DNA of 64,000 nt from Camelus ferus (lineage: Eukaryota), in NCBI RefSeq assembly GCF_009834535.1, contig NC_045697.1, positions 65,288,001-65,352,000 of the forward strand, written 5' to 3'. This document shows positions 14,481-26,697 of this stretch, piece by piece (within the stretch, counting starts at the first letter, position 1; each line of letters begins with the position of its first letter). Both the position numbers and the translations under genes were made by a program. Under the pieces are notes generated by a model that worked only from the letters and a program-made list of their open reading frames with translations, was not told the origin of the DNA and did not search any database.

Positions 14481-15429
14481 CAATACTGCTAATGTAAGCA
14501 GATAAATGTACAGATCCTTGCAGTGATGAGGGAACTGAAGCAAGACCTTGGAGTGCCACTGGCTAGATCTGCCTTTTGACTCTCACAGTATTTCCTAAGG
14601 AAATCCTAAGGACCCTCATTTCTAGTGTATTAAAAAAAAATCTGAAATTTCCATCCCAAGTGGTTGCCTAAGTGCTGTTGGAACTCCTCTCCCTACTGAG
14701 CATCAATTAAAATGATTTCAGAGGAAGACAAAAGACATAAACATACCACAACCAGCAATCAGACGGTTGCTTAGGCCACAACCCAGAGAGCATCTTTGTT
14801 GCTCCTCTTGCCCTCATGCTGTCACTTGCAGTCCATCAACAAGTTCAGTGTTTTCCTATCATCAAATATGTCCTGAGTGTTGTAACTGCTTATAACATTC
14901 CCTGTTACCACCTCAGTCTAACCCACAATGATCTTTTTTGCAGGTGGTTTCAGTGGCCTCCTGAATGGTAATCCTACTCTCACTCTTGCCCCCTGTAGTT
15001 AATTCTCTAAACCTAGAGTGATCTTTTAAAAATATAAGTATTATCATTTTTTTCTCCTGCTCAAAACAGTCCAAAGGTTTAGCATCACACTGAGAGTAAA
15101 ATCTTTCATTCTCTGCGTGATCTGACACCAACTTGACCTCCCCTCCTCCCCTTCTTCCTCTTATTCACTCTATTCCAAGTATCCTGGCATCCTCTCTATT
15201 CCTCAGAAGTCTATCCCTTCTTCAGGGCCTTTGCACATGACAGTCCTTCTTCCTGGAACATCTGCATGGCTTTCTTCCTCACTTCTTTCAGGCCTCTGCT
15301 CCATTATTGCCTCCTCATAGAGGTTTTCCTTCACCATAGTGTCTAATGTAACTCAGCTCCCTCCCCACCTCCTTATAGTGTTTCTTTTTTTAATAGCACT
15401 TTTGTGCTAGTAGTTCGCTTGATCTCCTC

Positions 15430-15890
15430 CTCCCCTAAATCCATGTTCTGATCTCTTCTGCCAGCTCTGCCCTTGGTGGATCACCTCCTCTGAGATTCAT
15501 CGCCCCTTGGCTCTGGGTTGAGATTGGCCAGTGGGAGCAGTGGCAGATCAGAGGGTAGAAAAAGAGAGAGATCAGGGTGTTTATTATTCCCTTGCTTCCT
15601 TTATGTCTCAAGTTTGCTTGTAGCCGTGTGCCTGTCCTCTAAGGCCGCAGATCCAGTCAGGCGGCACTTCCCCAGCTCATTCTTGTTCTCCTCTAGGAAC
15701 ACGGTTTTCCTTACTTGCCTATCAGGCCTAGAATGGTTCTAGTTTCCCATTGTTGCTGCTTTCTAGGTGCTTTATCATCCCTTGTTGGTTTCTTTAGCCC
15801 TGTCCATATCTCTGTATAAAGTTCCTTTGTTAACTCTCTTCAGTTAAACTTGTTGCCACCTGAATCCTGCCTGAAATCCAGATGATGCAA
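15430..15890. mobile_element. ERVL-class LTR (LTR33-like)
   Basis: ccccttggctctgggttgagattggccagtgggag...gatcagagggtag...gagatcagggtgtttattattccc resembles the LTR33 core. Confidence 0.65.
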
Positions 15891-15973
15891 CTTCTCTTCC
15901 CATTACTTGAAACTTCACATTTATTTGTTTTTTTATTGTTTAACTCTGCCACCAGAATGTAAGCTGTATGAGT

Positions 15974-16549
15974 TATAGTAAGCAGGATTATGCCCCTCAA
16001 CCCTGCCAAGATGTACATGTCCTGATCTTTTGAACCTGTGAATATGTTACCTTACATGGCAAGACAGACTTTGCAGATGTGATTAAGAATAAAGACATTG
16101 AGATGGGGAGATTATCCTGGATTGTCTGTGTGGGCCCAGTATAATCATATGAGGCCTTCAAAGCAGAAACTTTCCTGGCTGGGTCAGAGAGATGAGACAG
16201 GAAAAGACAGGAGAGAATAAAAGCTGGAGAGATCTTGATTTGACATTGCTGACTTTGAAAATGAAGGAGGGAGCCTCAGGCCAAGGAGTGCAGGAGAAGC
16301 TGAGAACAGGGTTCAGCTGACCATCAGCAAAAAAATGAGGCTGTCAGTCCTAAAACCACAAGGAACTGCATTTTACCAATAACCTAGAAGAGAAGAAAAC
16401 TGATCCTTCCTAGTGTCCTACCAACTTTTTGATTTTATCCTTGTGAGAACTGTGTTAGACTTTTTACCTTCAAAACTATAAGATTTTTGTTGTTTAAGCC
16501 ACTGAATCTGTGGGTAATCTGCAAGGCCGGCAATAGAAAACTTAATGCA
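15974..16549 (+). mobile_element. MaLR solo LTR (MLT1D-like)
   Basis: gaacctgtgaatatgttaccttacatggca..gactttgcagatgtgattaag..gagattatcctggatt; ends caatagaaaacttaatgca; near-TSD tgagt/tgagg. Confidence 0.88.
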
Positions 16550-17602
16550 TGAGGTTTGGGTTTGTCCAAACCTTTGTTGTAGATACAGTGCCTAGAACAG
16601 TACTTGCACATGTAAAGATGCTGAGTGAGTATCTGGGGAACTCATGAATTGATTTGTTAATTTATTTTAAGAAACCTATGTTCATCTTAACAAGCCTGTG
16701 AAAGAACATAGTTATATCCAGTATTTACAAAATATGATTGCCCATGAGCTTTTCAAGAAGTAAGCTCAGAAAAAAGGAATTCAATGTATTTTACCACAGG
16801 TATTTCAAAGCCTTGTCAAAATAAACTTTCTATTCGATCTGCCATTTTAGAATTCAAATGGAAAATCAATTCCCATTCAAGGTCAAAGTGAGCTTTATAT
16901 TTTCAGTACTTAAGATGTATACCTGACATCTAAAATGTGTTTTTTAAAAATGTGGATTAATTAAACTACCTCATAGGCTTATTTTGGTTCCTCTTAAAAT
17001 TGTCAGTCTATTTTTTCATTGAACTTGCTGTGTAGATCACTTTAACAGCTTTTTTTCTGAGAATATCTAATGCTGTTGTGCCTCTATAGCACATTCCATG
17101 AACTTAAAAAAAATCTAATTTAAAACTCTAAATGTGTGATTTTTATGTGTGAAAAGATACTTACTTAGGCAAACTATATTCTATTATACTTAAAATAGAC
17201 TGCATTATCAATTCAGATGTATAACTGATCAAATTAGAAGAGGGCAATTAAAAATAGTCATCTCGGCAACTATTAATTAACTTTAAATTTAACTTTCTCT
17301 GTACTCCACTTATGTAGAAAGAGACAGGAATTTGAAGCTAATGCTACATTATCAGAAGTCAAAACGGTTTTAAAAATACACCTGAAGGCATATTTTTCAA
17401 GTTTACTATAGTCTGAATATTCTGTGGAAATGGTTACTTAAATCTGGATCTTCAAATATTCGAATTATCAGAAAGTCCAAGTTCTCCATCTAGATGTCAC
17501 TGTCCTTGTAGAACAGTTTTGTGCTTTAGAATTGTTGTCAAAACGTAGCTCCTTCTAGAGAAGATGGTTTGTTTTATCTATATCTTCATCATTTTTTGTT
17601 AT

Positions 17603-17790
17603 GGTGGTTCTTAAAGTGTGGTTCCTGAATCAGTAGCATCATTATCACCTGGGAAACTGTAGGAAGTGCAAATTCTTGGACCCCACTCAATTCTGCCGAG
17701 TTAGAGACTCTGGGGGTGGGGCCCAACAATCTGTATTTGCTGAGCCCTCCAGGTGATTTTGAAGCATGCATAAATTCAAGGAGCCCTACA
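17603..17790. mobile_element. MER5A (hAT-Charlie) DNA transposon fossil
   Basis: gtggttcttaaagtgtggttc..cacctgggaa..gcaaattct..ggggtggggcccaacaatctgtattt..gccctccaggtgatt. Confidence 0.85.
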
Positions 17791-20063
17791 CTAGCCCCGT
17801 AAATTACCTGCATTCCACAGGGTCTTCTACTCATTAATTGAGCAGATTTAAACTAAAATGATAAATGAGGAAAATAAGATAAACTGGATGCCTTATGTAA
17901 AGAGCCACGGATTTCTGAAAGTTTGTTGCCTGAGATATAACTGCATATATTTAAAATATCTCAATCTTCATAAGTTTCCAATTTACTAATAAGGAAACTG
18001 GGTAACAGCATGCTCCATGTAGGAAAATTAGTAGAGGAGAATCTGCAACCTTGCAAAACATTTGCACCTTTCATTTATAGTTTTATTTTTCCCTTTTATG
18101 TGTCTGTGAAGTTTATATTGAATATAGTACCAAACAATGTATCATGAGGTCAAAATAATGATTTTATTGCCCCCTTTAAAGACATAAACATGTTTTCCTC
18201 AATACTGAAAAAATGATGGTACTAACCCTCAATCAATAGATGTTTTCTTTATGATGGATTTGTTCTAAGACATCTGAAGAGTCCCTGTAGCTGCTGAGAG
18301 CACTCAATAGAAGGCGCATTAGGGATTCCTCATGGCACCCAGCTGATACATTCATTCAAACAAGTACTTAGTAAGTGCCCACAAGGTACTTAATTACTGC
18401 CAGATACTGAACAGGAGACGGTAAAGTAAGGCAATTCTCTGTCTTCCAGGATTTTATAATTTAGCCAGGAATTAAAAGGACCAAACATTTGTCTCATACT
18501 ATCGTGTGTCAGGCACTGAACAGAGGAGATAGAAACTGTATCAGTTAATCCATGGGGCCCCTCAGGGAAGTTGGCATTATTCCCAGTTTACAAATAAGAA
18601 CACATTAGTCTGAGAGATGCTGAGAATTTGCTCAGATTCATCAGATAAGGTAGTGTGCAGGTGAAATTTAAAATCAGAAATGATATTTAAGTCCGTGTGG
18701 TTTACGTGGTCTTTGTACCACTCCTCATACAAAACGTAAGCAGCAGTTCCTAGATGTGCACAGTAAGTGCCTAGGTGCATAGTTTGTGTTACTGGCCAGA
18801 GGGAAATTAGAAAAGCAGTGGTGACTGGGTGGGGAAGTGAAGACTTCCCCCCCCAAAATTCAACAGAGATGTTCATTGTAAGAAAATGGGTCATTGCTTC
18901 GATAGGAGGGGGAAAAAAGGTTAAAAGTATTCCAGAAGGGAGACACTGTTAAACAGAAATGCATAGCTAGGAATGAGAAAGGCAGGTTCTGGGAGAGTGA
19001 TGAAATCAGCCCAGCACATTTTAGGTGCCCAGTAAGTGGTATAGAATGACTTTGCTTGGCTCTGGCTGTGTATGAAGGCACACTCCGTAACAATTAAAGG
19101 ATAGCAGTGAACAGCATCGCTGAGATTCACCTAAGTGATGCATCTACTGGCTGTGTCCTTGTACATTCAGCCAAGGGTTTGAGGTCCCTACTACTTTGGC
19201 TTTGACTTTGGATATGCATTGTCTTTCCTCATGTAAGTTGTAATTCTGCTTCTCTGCAGTCAACAGGATCCATTCAACTTAGTCATATTATCTCTTAAAG
19301 AAGACCTCACAGGTATATTTTCATAAATTTCTCAAATCTTTGGAGCTGAACGTATTACTGAAAGTAACAAATCTCCTTGGTACTTGTTTGCAGATACTGC
19401 AACATGCTGGGAAAACGCAGTTTTACTTTTAGTAATCCAGTTTTCATTCAACTTAGTATTAAGAAAAGATTCATAGATACTTATAGGAAGTATAGCATGT
19501 TTGAAGAAAAGACACATGTGATTCGTTTATACTGTTAGCTTCAGTGGATTTTGATATGCCTCTGTATTTATTTTGAATCAAAGTCTCCATGTAGAAGTAG
19601 ATTTCAAGGAAAAATTTCAAAAGAGCTTTTGTTTTACTTTTTAAAGTCCTCTCTGTATAAAAAAATTTTTTTGTCATTTGGTCACTGTGAATTTCAAAAG
19701 GGTCTCCTTTGATAGAATAGTCATTCCCCAAAGATCTTTGATCTACTGTGGGGAATGTCATTGTTCCTAAAGAAGATAATAATAGCAGCAAGAAAATAAT
19801 AAACATTCTCTCTATGGTATCACAATTATAATTGATTACAGACAGGCAGATTGATTTTTAATCTATAGACACATGACAAAGTCAGAAGCAGAGGAGCCGA
19901 TAATGCTTTCACTTCATATTATGAGGGATATATTGAAGATCTGGAATTCAAACGTGAATTCTGGTACTTTGAAAAGATAACAGGTGAGGAGTGACATCAA
20001 CATCATGGTGACACGAGTTGTTCCCTTTTTCTCTCCTCTTTGATTTACAACAAACTGGACATC

Positions 20064-20638
20064 TGTAGGTTCTGACTGGCAGAAGTCCTACCAAGACGGA
20101 ATGAATTACTCGAGACTGTGGAAAGTCAAGAGAGTGAGAGAGAGTTGGGGAACAACTCACGGAGGATCTCAAATGTTCCCGCATTTGTTGTGTACAATCA
20201 AAGGAAAAATCACTAACAGTTGTGTGATGGAATGCAGGAATTTAGGGAAAGACAAGAGGGGATTTGAGATTGTAGAAATCACAGTGAGTACAAGGGCTTA
20301 GTTTATCTTTAGGGAAGTCATGGGCAGAGGGGAACAAGATACATTCTTATAGATATCTTAGAGCAGACCATGAGACCAGCCAGTTCCTTGTTTTGGGGTT
20401 AGAAGACTATCTAACAGTAGGCACGTCCAGCGTTTATAGCTGGACAACAAGCAGAGTGCTATCTAAAACCTCAACTATGCAAGCAAGGCATTGTCTCTGC
20501 TTTTTAAGGCAAGGAGACCGGAGTGCGGATGCACAGGCGCCTGCTAGCAAAGCAGTTACTAAGCACATTTGTTCTTCTTAAAGGTGACAGGCAGCTGGGG
20601 TCTGTTACAATTTATTAACCCAATCCTGGGCTCCCACA
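20064..20638 (-). mobile_element. Solo LTR, 575 bp, with 6-bp TSD (class II/ERVK-like retrovirus)
   Basis: TG...CA termini (TGTGGGAGCCC on the minus strand) and exact TSD GACATC at 20058-20063 and 20639-20644. A minus-strand TATAAA lies at 20433-20438. Confidence 0.8.
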
Positions 20639-20821
20639 GACATCCATAACCAAAAAACAAAAAAGAAGTTTTTTTCTGTACAGCATACTAGAACACCTGA
20701 AAGATTCATCCATCATAGCACCCAAAAGTAAGTGAATTGATTGGACACCAAAGAGGTTATGAAGCAAGGGATGTGGTGGTAAAGGCAGTGATGGCAGAGA
20801 AGGTGGCAGCCAGCCCAGCAG

Positions 20822-21871
20822 TAAAAATCATCCAAATTAGAAAGGAAGAAAAAAATTATTGTTATTTGCTGGTGATATGATCCTATATAAAGAAAGTCCT
20901 GAAGAATAAGTCAAAAAACTGTTGGAATTAATGATTTCTATAAAGTGGCAGTATACAAAATCAATATAAAAATCAGTTACATTCCTTTACACTAATCAGA
21001 AAGCATCTGTAAAAGAAATAAAACCATCCCATTCATAATAGCATTAATAACAATAAAATATTTAGGAATAATTTCAACTAAGGAAGTCAAAACATATATA
21101 ATAAAAGCTACAAAAGTTTACTTAAAGAAATTGAGAAAGGCACAAACAAAAGGAAAGATAGCCCATGTTTATGGATCTGAAGAGTTAATATTGTTAAAAT
21201 GACCATACTACCCAAATCCATATACAGATTCAATGCAGTCCCCATTAAAATACCAAAGTTCTTCACAGAAATAGAAGAAACAATGGTAGAATTTTTTGGT
21301 TACACAAAAGACCCCAAACAGCTGAAGCAATGCTGAAAAAAAAAGGAACAAAACTGGAGGTAACATTCTTCTCAGTTTCAAACTATACTACAAAACAGTA
21401 GTAATAAAAGCAGTATGGTACTGGCACAAAAATAGACACATTGAACAATGGAACAGAACAGAAAGCCCAGAATTAAACCCTGCTATATACAGTCAACTAA
21501 CATTTGAAAAGGGCACCAAGAATACCCCATGAGAAAGGGATTATCTCTTTATCAATAGATGCTGGGAAAACTGGAGAAACACACAGAACAATGAAATTGG
21601 ACCCCTATCTCACACCACTCACGAAAAGTAACTCAAAATGGATCAAAGACTTGAACAGAAGACCTGATTCGCTAAAAACTCCAAGAAAGAAACTTGAACA
21701 CTAAGCTCATCAATATTGATCTTTGCAATAATTTTGGGGACATGATGCCAAAACAAAAGCACAATTTTGAGCATATTATGCTACATGAACTAAGTCAGAC
21801 AGAGAAAATCAAGTACTGTATGATATCACTTAAATGTTGAATCTAAGAAAGTTAAACTTATAAAAAATAGG
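20822..21871 (+). mobile_element. Older L1 ORF2 (RT/C-terminal) fragment with an internal deletion to the 3' end; outer layer of the nest
   Basis: ttatttgctggtgatatgatcctatat is a degenerate [31 protein letters not shown] appears in ORF 21504..21704. Confidence 0.9.
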
Positions 21872-22945
21872 GTATGTCTTCATTGGGGAATTGCTTGTTT
21901 AGGTCTTCTGCCTATTTTTGGATTGGGTTATTTGTTTTCCTGTTATTAAGCAGTATGAAATGCTTATATTCTGGAAATTAAGCCCTTGTCAGTTACATCA
22001 TTTGCAGATATTTTCTCCCATTCCATAGGTTGTGTTTTTGTTTTGCTTATGGTTTCCTTTGCTATGCAGAAGATTGTAAGTTTAATTAGGTCCTGTTTGT
22101 TTATTTTTGCTTTTATTTCTATTGCCTGGATAGACTGCCCTAGGAGAACATTGCTAAGTTAATAGGCACATGAAAAAATGCTCAATATCACTAATTATCA
22201 GAGAAATGCAAATCAAATCTGTAGTGAGAATGGCCATCATTAAAAAGTCCACAACGATAAATACTGGAGAGTTTGTTGAGAAAAGGGAACCCTCCTACAC
22301 TGTTGGTGGGAATGCAGTTTGGTGCAGCCATTATGGAAAACAGTATGGAGATTCCTCAAAAAACTAAAAATAGACTTACCATATGACTTAGCAATCCCAC
22401 TCCTGGGCATACATCTGGAGGGAACTCTAATTGGAAAAGATACATGCACCTTAATGTTCATAGCGGCACTGTATACAATAGCCAAGACATGGAAACAATC
22501 TGTATGTCCATCAACAGATGATTGGATAAAGAAGCTGTGGTATATTTACACAATGAAATACTACTCAGCCATAAAAAAGAATAAAATAATGCCATTTGCA
22601 ACAAAATGAACGGACCTGAAGATTGTCATACTAAGTGAAGTAAGCCAGAAAAAGAAAGAAAAATACCATATGATATTACTTATACGTGGAATCTAAAAAA
22701 ATGACACAAATGAACTTATTTACAAAACAGAAACAGACTCACAGACATAGAAAACAAACGTATGGTTACCAGGAGGGGAAGGAGGTGGAAAGTGATAAAT
22801 TGGGGTTTGAGATTTGCAGATACTATTATATATGTAATAGATAAACAACAAGTTTCTTCTGTATAGCACAGGGAACTATATTCATTATCTTGTAGTAACC
22901 TATAATGAAAAAGAATATGAAAATGAATATGTGTGTGTATGTATC

Positions 22946-22977
<32 letters not shown>

Positions 22978-23036
22978 AAAAACTGAAACATTATTCTGTA
23001 CACCAAAAATTGACACATTATAAACTGACTGTACTT
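21872..23036 (+). mobile_element. Younger L1 with 5' inversion: inverted 21872-22159, forward 22160-23036, poly(A) displaced to about 24183-24210
   Basis: ORF2 C-terminus [30 protein letters not shown] (ORF 22319..22609) followed by an artiodactyl-type 3'UTR. The upstream block is antisense ORF2 that nearly abuts the forward block in L1 coordinates. Confidence 0.92.
22946..22972. repeat. (TG)n microsatellite inside the L1 3'UTR
   Basis: Read directly. Confidence 0.9.
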
Positions 23037-24165
23037 ACCTGTGAAGCTTTTCATTTCTCCATCAAATCTGAATGAGAGCCTTGCTGGTTAGAGCATTCTT
23101 GGCTGTAAGTTTTTCCCTTTCATCACTTTAAATATATTGTGCCACTCTCTTCTGTCCTATAGGGTTCCTGCTGAAAAATCAGCTGATAACCTTATGGAAG
23201 TTCCCTTGTATGTTATTTGTTGCTTTTCTCTTGCTGATTTTAGTATTTTCTCCTTACCCTTAATTTTTGTTAATTTGATTACTGTGTGCCTCATTGTTAA
23301 CCTCTTTGAGTTAATTCTGTGTGGAACTCTGCACTTCTGGACTTGGGTGACTGTTTCCTTTCCCAAGTTAGGGAATTTTACAGTTAGTATATCTTCAAAT
23401 ATTTTCTCAAGCTCTTTCTCTTTCTCTTCTCTGTCTGGGACCTCTATAATGCAAATACTAGTGCACTTCATGTTGTCCCTGAATTCTCTTAAACTATTTA
23501 TTTCTGTTTATTCTTTTTTTCTTTTTTCTGATCTGTCTTTTAGCTCACTGATCTTTTCTTCTGCCTCATTTAGTCTATTCTTAGTTCCTTCTAGTGTGCT
23601 ATTCATTTCAGTAATTTTATTCTTCAACTCTGTTTAGGTATTCTTAGTATTTTCAAACTCTTTGCTAAAAACTTCCCTCTGTGCATCTGTACTCCTCCTG
23701 ACTTCTCTGAACACCTTCACCATCACTACTCTAAACTCTTTCTTGGATAGATTGCCTATCTCCTCATCATTTATTTCTTCTCGGATTTTACCTTGTGCCT
23801 TGGCCTGGAAGATATTCCTCTGCCACCTCATGCTGTCTAAGTTTCTATTTGTATTTTCAGGTGGGTTAGTTATATTTCTCGACCTTGGAGAAGTGGCCTT
23901 CTTTGGGAGACATCCTGTGCATCCCAGCAGTGCACTTCTCTCTTGTCCTCCAAGGGCCAAGGTCCAGCCGGTCCCAGGGTAGAGTCTGGCCTGCCTTTGC
24001 AGATTCCTTCCACAAGCTTTGGGATTGTTGTTTTCTTATTTCTGGTCTCTTCCCCCTGGTAGATGAGGCTGAACTAGAGGCTTATGCAAGTTTCCTGGCA
24101 GGAGGAAATAGTGCCTGCCCACTGCTGGGTGGAGCTTAGTCCTGGCCCTCTGGTGAGCAGGGCTG
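23037..24165 (-). mobile_element. L1 5'UTR/ORF1 fragment without ORF2 or poly(A); inner layer of the nest
   Basis: ORF1p-like translations IIEVPDREEKEKELEKIFEDIL..FPNL..KILKSAREKQQITYKGTSIRLSADFS (23157..23471) and ORF 23634..23960. Confidence 0.9.
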
Positions 24166-24210
24166 TAAACTGCTTATACTTTAAAAAAAAAAAAAAAAGA
24201 AAAAGAAAGG

Positions 24211-24470
24211 AAGAAAATGGCAGTTACCAGGGAATGGGGGTCAGGGAATACGAGTGATGGTGTTTAAGGTACAAAGTTATAACAAGTAGTAAATAAACCA
24301 TAGATATCTAATGTACAGTCTAATGAATATAGATAATATTGTACTATGATTATGTAAATATTAGTACACCAGCCATCATATTACAGTATATAAAATATTA
24401 AAGTAACACTGTATGTCTCAAACTTACACAATGTTACACATTAAATTTATTCAATTAATTTTTAAAAAGG
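24211..24470 (+). mobile_element. Resumption of the older L1 3'UTR
   Basis: gaaaatggcagttaccagggaatgggg continues the sequence broken at 21871 and ends aacttacacaatgtta..tcaattaa. Confidence 0.75.
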
Positions 24471-26555
24471 CTTTAAAACTATAGATATTAATTACACTTT
24501 AATGTAAGTTTGAGCAAATGTTTAACAAAACTATTTAGAAAATATTTTTCTTGGGCTATCTCCATATAGGTTATTTAACCAAAAAAAAAAATTCCTTTTT
24601 ATACTAGTGTGATCAAAGAATTTACACGAATTTCTACAAATTTATTTTTATCAAAATTTCACATGTGCTCAATAAATGTTTTTTGAGTATTTATAAAATG
24701 AATAATGAGCAACAGAAGTTTCTTTCTCATTCCTCTCTACTTTCTGTTTATACTCTCTGGAGGTAACCTTTAGTACTTGTTTTGTTTTAGCTACTCCTGG
24801 TACTTTCCAAATATTTAAAATAACATTTTCACACTGCTTTTCCTTGGTTTTTCAGATACTGATATGACCTATTGACAGACTACCCTGGAATTAGATTGTA
24901 TATATTATTTCACATAAAGTTACCTTTCCTCCCAATATAGTTTTAACACATTTATATCTAACTTCTTATTCAGGATTATCATTAATATGACCATGTGAAC
25001 ATTCTTTCATGGTTCCAGGGAGGCTCTGATTGTTCGTTCAATATGTGTACTTTCAGTGAATCACCTTATCTTTTGTTCAAGACGTCACTAAACCACCCAT
25101 ACATCCACTGGTTTTCTAAAGAAAAATTTTAAACTAAGATCTTGTTGCCTCAGCTATAAGTGTTTTTTTCCTTCTAATTTAGTTACAAAAGTAAAATACA
25201 ACTAGCATGCATAGCATCACCATTATGTTTTGATTTTAAATTTCTCATTGGAATTTTTCAATATCACACTTATCAATAATCCTTAAAACTTGTGTAAAAT
25301 ATTTGCATTATTAACTTTTGAAAATGATTAATGGAATAGAAAACCTACAATAAACCAAATTTCTTGCCTCTTCATATAGAGATATGTTTTTCTCCTTGAA
25401 CTCAGAGTGTGATACTAGTCTAGGTGTTGACTTTTGTTGCCCACTTTGGATGTACGTACATACAACTACTAAAGTGCAAACTTGTCAAATTGTCTTTATA
25501 TCTATATTTTGTATTATTTCTTAAACTTACATGATTTAGAGGGCTCAATGGCTTCACTCTCTTTATGTCATAATTTGTTCCCCAAAATAAAATATCTTAA
25601 GAGAGGGAGTAATCTAGCACTTTTGTTTCACCTTTATTGAAATAACAACAACATCAAACTCTAGTGTCTTTACATTTACTTTGTGTTTATATCCTGTATA
25701 TTTTTAAAATTTATTAAACTACATCTCAAAAACCACTATTGATTTCTATAAATTGAAACAGCCATTGATTTACTAAAGAGGACTTAATTCAGCTCTCCAG
25801 GAAAAATTTATTCTTTATTCAAGATTTACTGTCTCCTCAACTCCATTCAGAAATTTTGCAGATTGGATAGCCCTTGACATTTTGATGAACCACCTGACAA
25901 TTTCAATCATAGGTTGGATTTCAAACAACAAATGTTTGAGATATTCCATGTTTTGAATTATATCTGTAATTCTCAACCCTAAAAATGTCCTTTGCCTGTC
26001 TCTCAAGAACATTTTTCCATTTGAAATGTTTTCTTTTAGTTATATTTAGTTGTTTATTTAGTTGTATTATTATTATTTAGTTATATTAGTTTTCTTAAAG
26101 TTATATTCAAAGCTAAAGAGATGGATTTTCCCATTAGTATGCATTTTTACAAATATAATTAGGACAGAGAAAAATTTCACTACTTAGAATGATACAATGT
26201 TCTAGCTATAAAGCTAGATCATCCTTTGACCTAATTCTTTCTCTTTCCTGTTATTGTTTTAGTCACAATTCTTATTGGATATTTTAAGTCTTTGACCTAA
26301 TTTTTCCTTTAATTTGTAGAGATATTTATCACAAAGCTTTAAGTGAAAAAAAAAAAACACATAGTTTTCAAGTATATATACAATATAATTCAAAATTCTT
26401 TTGCAAATTGATTTTGATTTTTATTAAGACAAATCAGAAAAATTACAAACTAATTTGAAAAATAGTTATCTGGAAATTAATCTTAGATTTTATTATCTCT
26501 TAATATAACTCTAAGTATCAAAAAAATCAAATAAAGATAGTTGACTATGTATTTT

Positions 26556-26697
26556 TCCCATTTTTAACTGAAGTATAGCTGCCTTACAGTGTTGTATTAG
26601 TTTCCAATGAACAGCAGAGTGATTCAGTTATGCATATATATGTACATATTCTTTTTCATTACAGGTTACTACAAGCCACTGAATATAGTTCTCTGTG
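26556..26697 (-). mobile_element. Very short 5'-truncated L1 3' end
   Basis: ttaactgaagtatagctgccttacagtgttg...gaatatagttctctgtg is the antisense of the 3'UTR type seen at 22860-23036. TSD is actatgtatttt / actatgtttttt. Confidence 0.85.

Larger units (their letters stand above)
14750..16650 (+). mobile_element. L2 LINE 3' region interrupted by two LTRs
   Basis: L2 motifs cagggcctttgcacatg, cagaatgtaagctgtatgag and cagtgcctagaacagtacttgcaca. Confidence 0.75.

Noticed and set aside
23137..23637. 166-aa hydrophobic ORF as a membrane protein
   Set aside because: It is the antisense of A-rich L1 ORF1, so the Phe/Leu/Ser bias is compositional.
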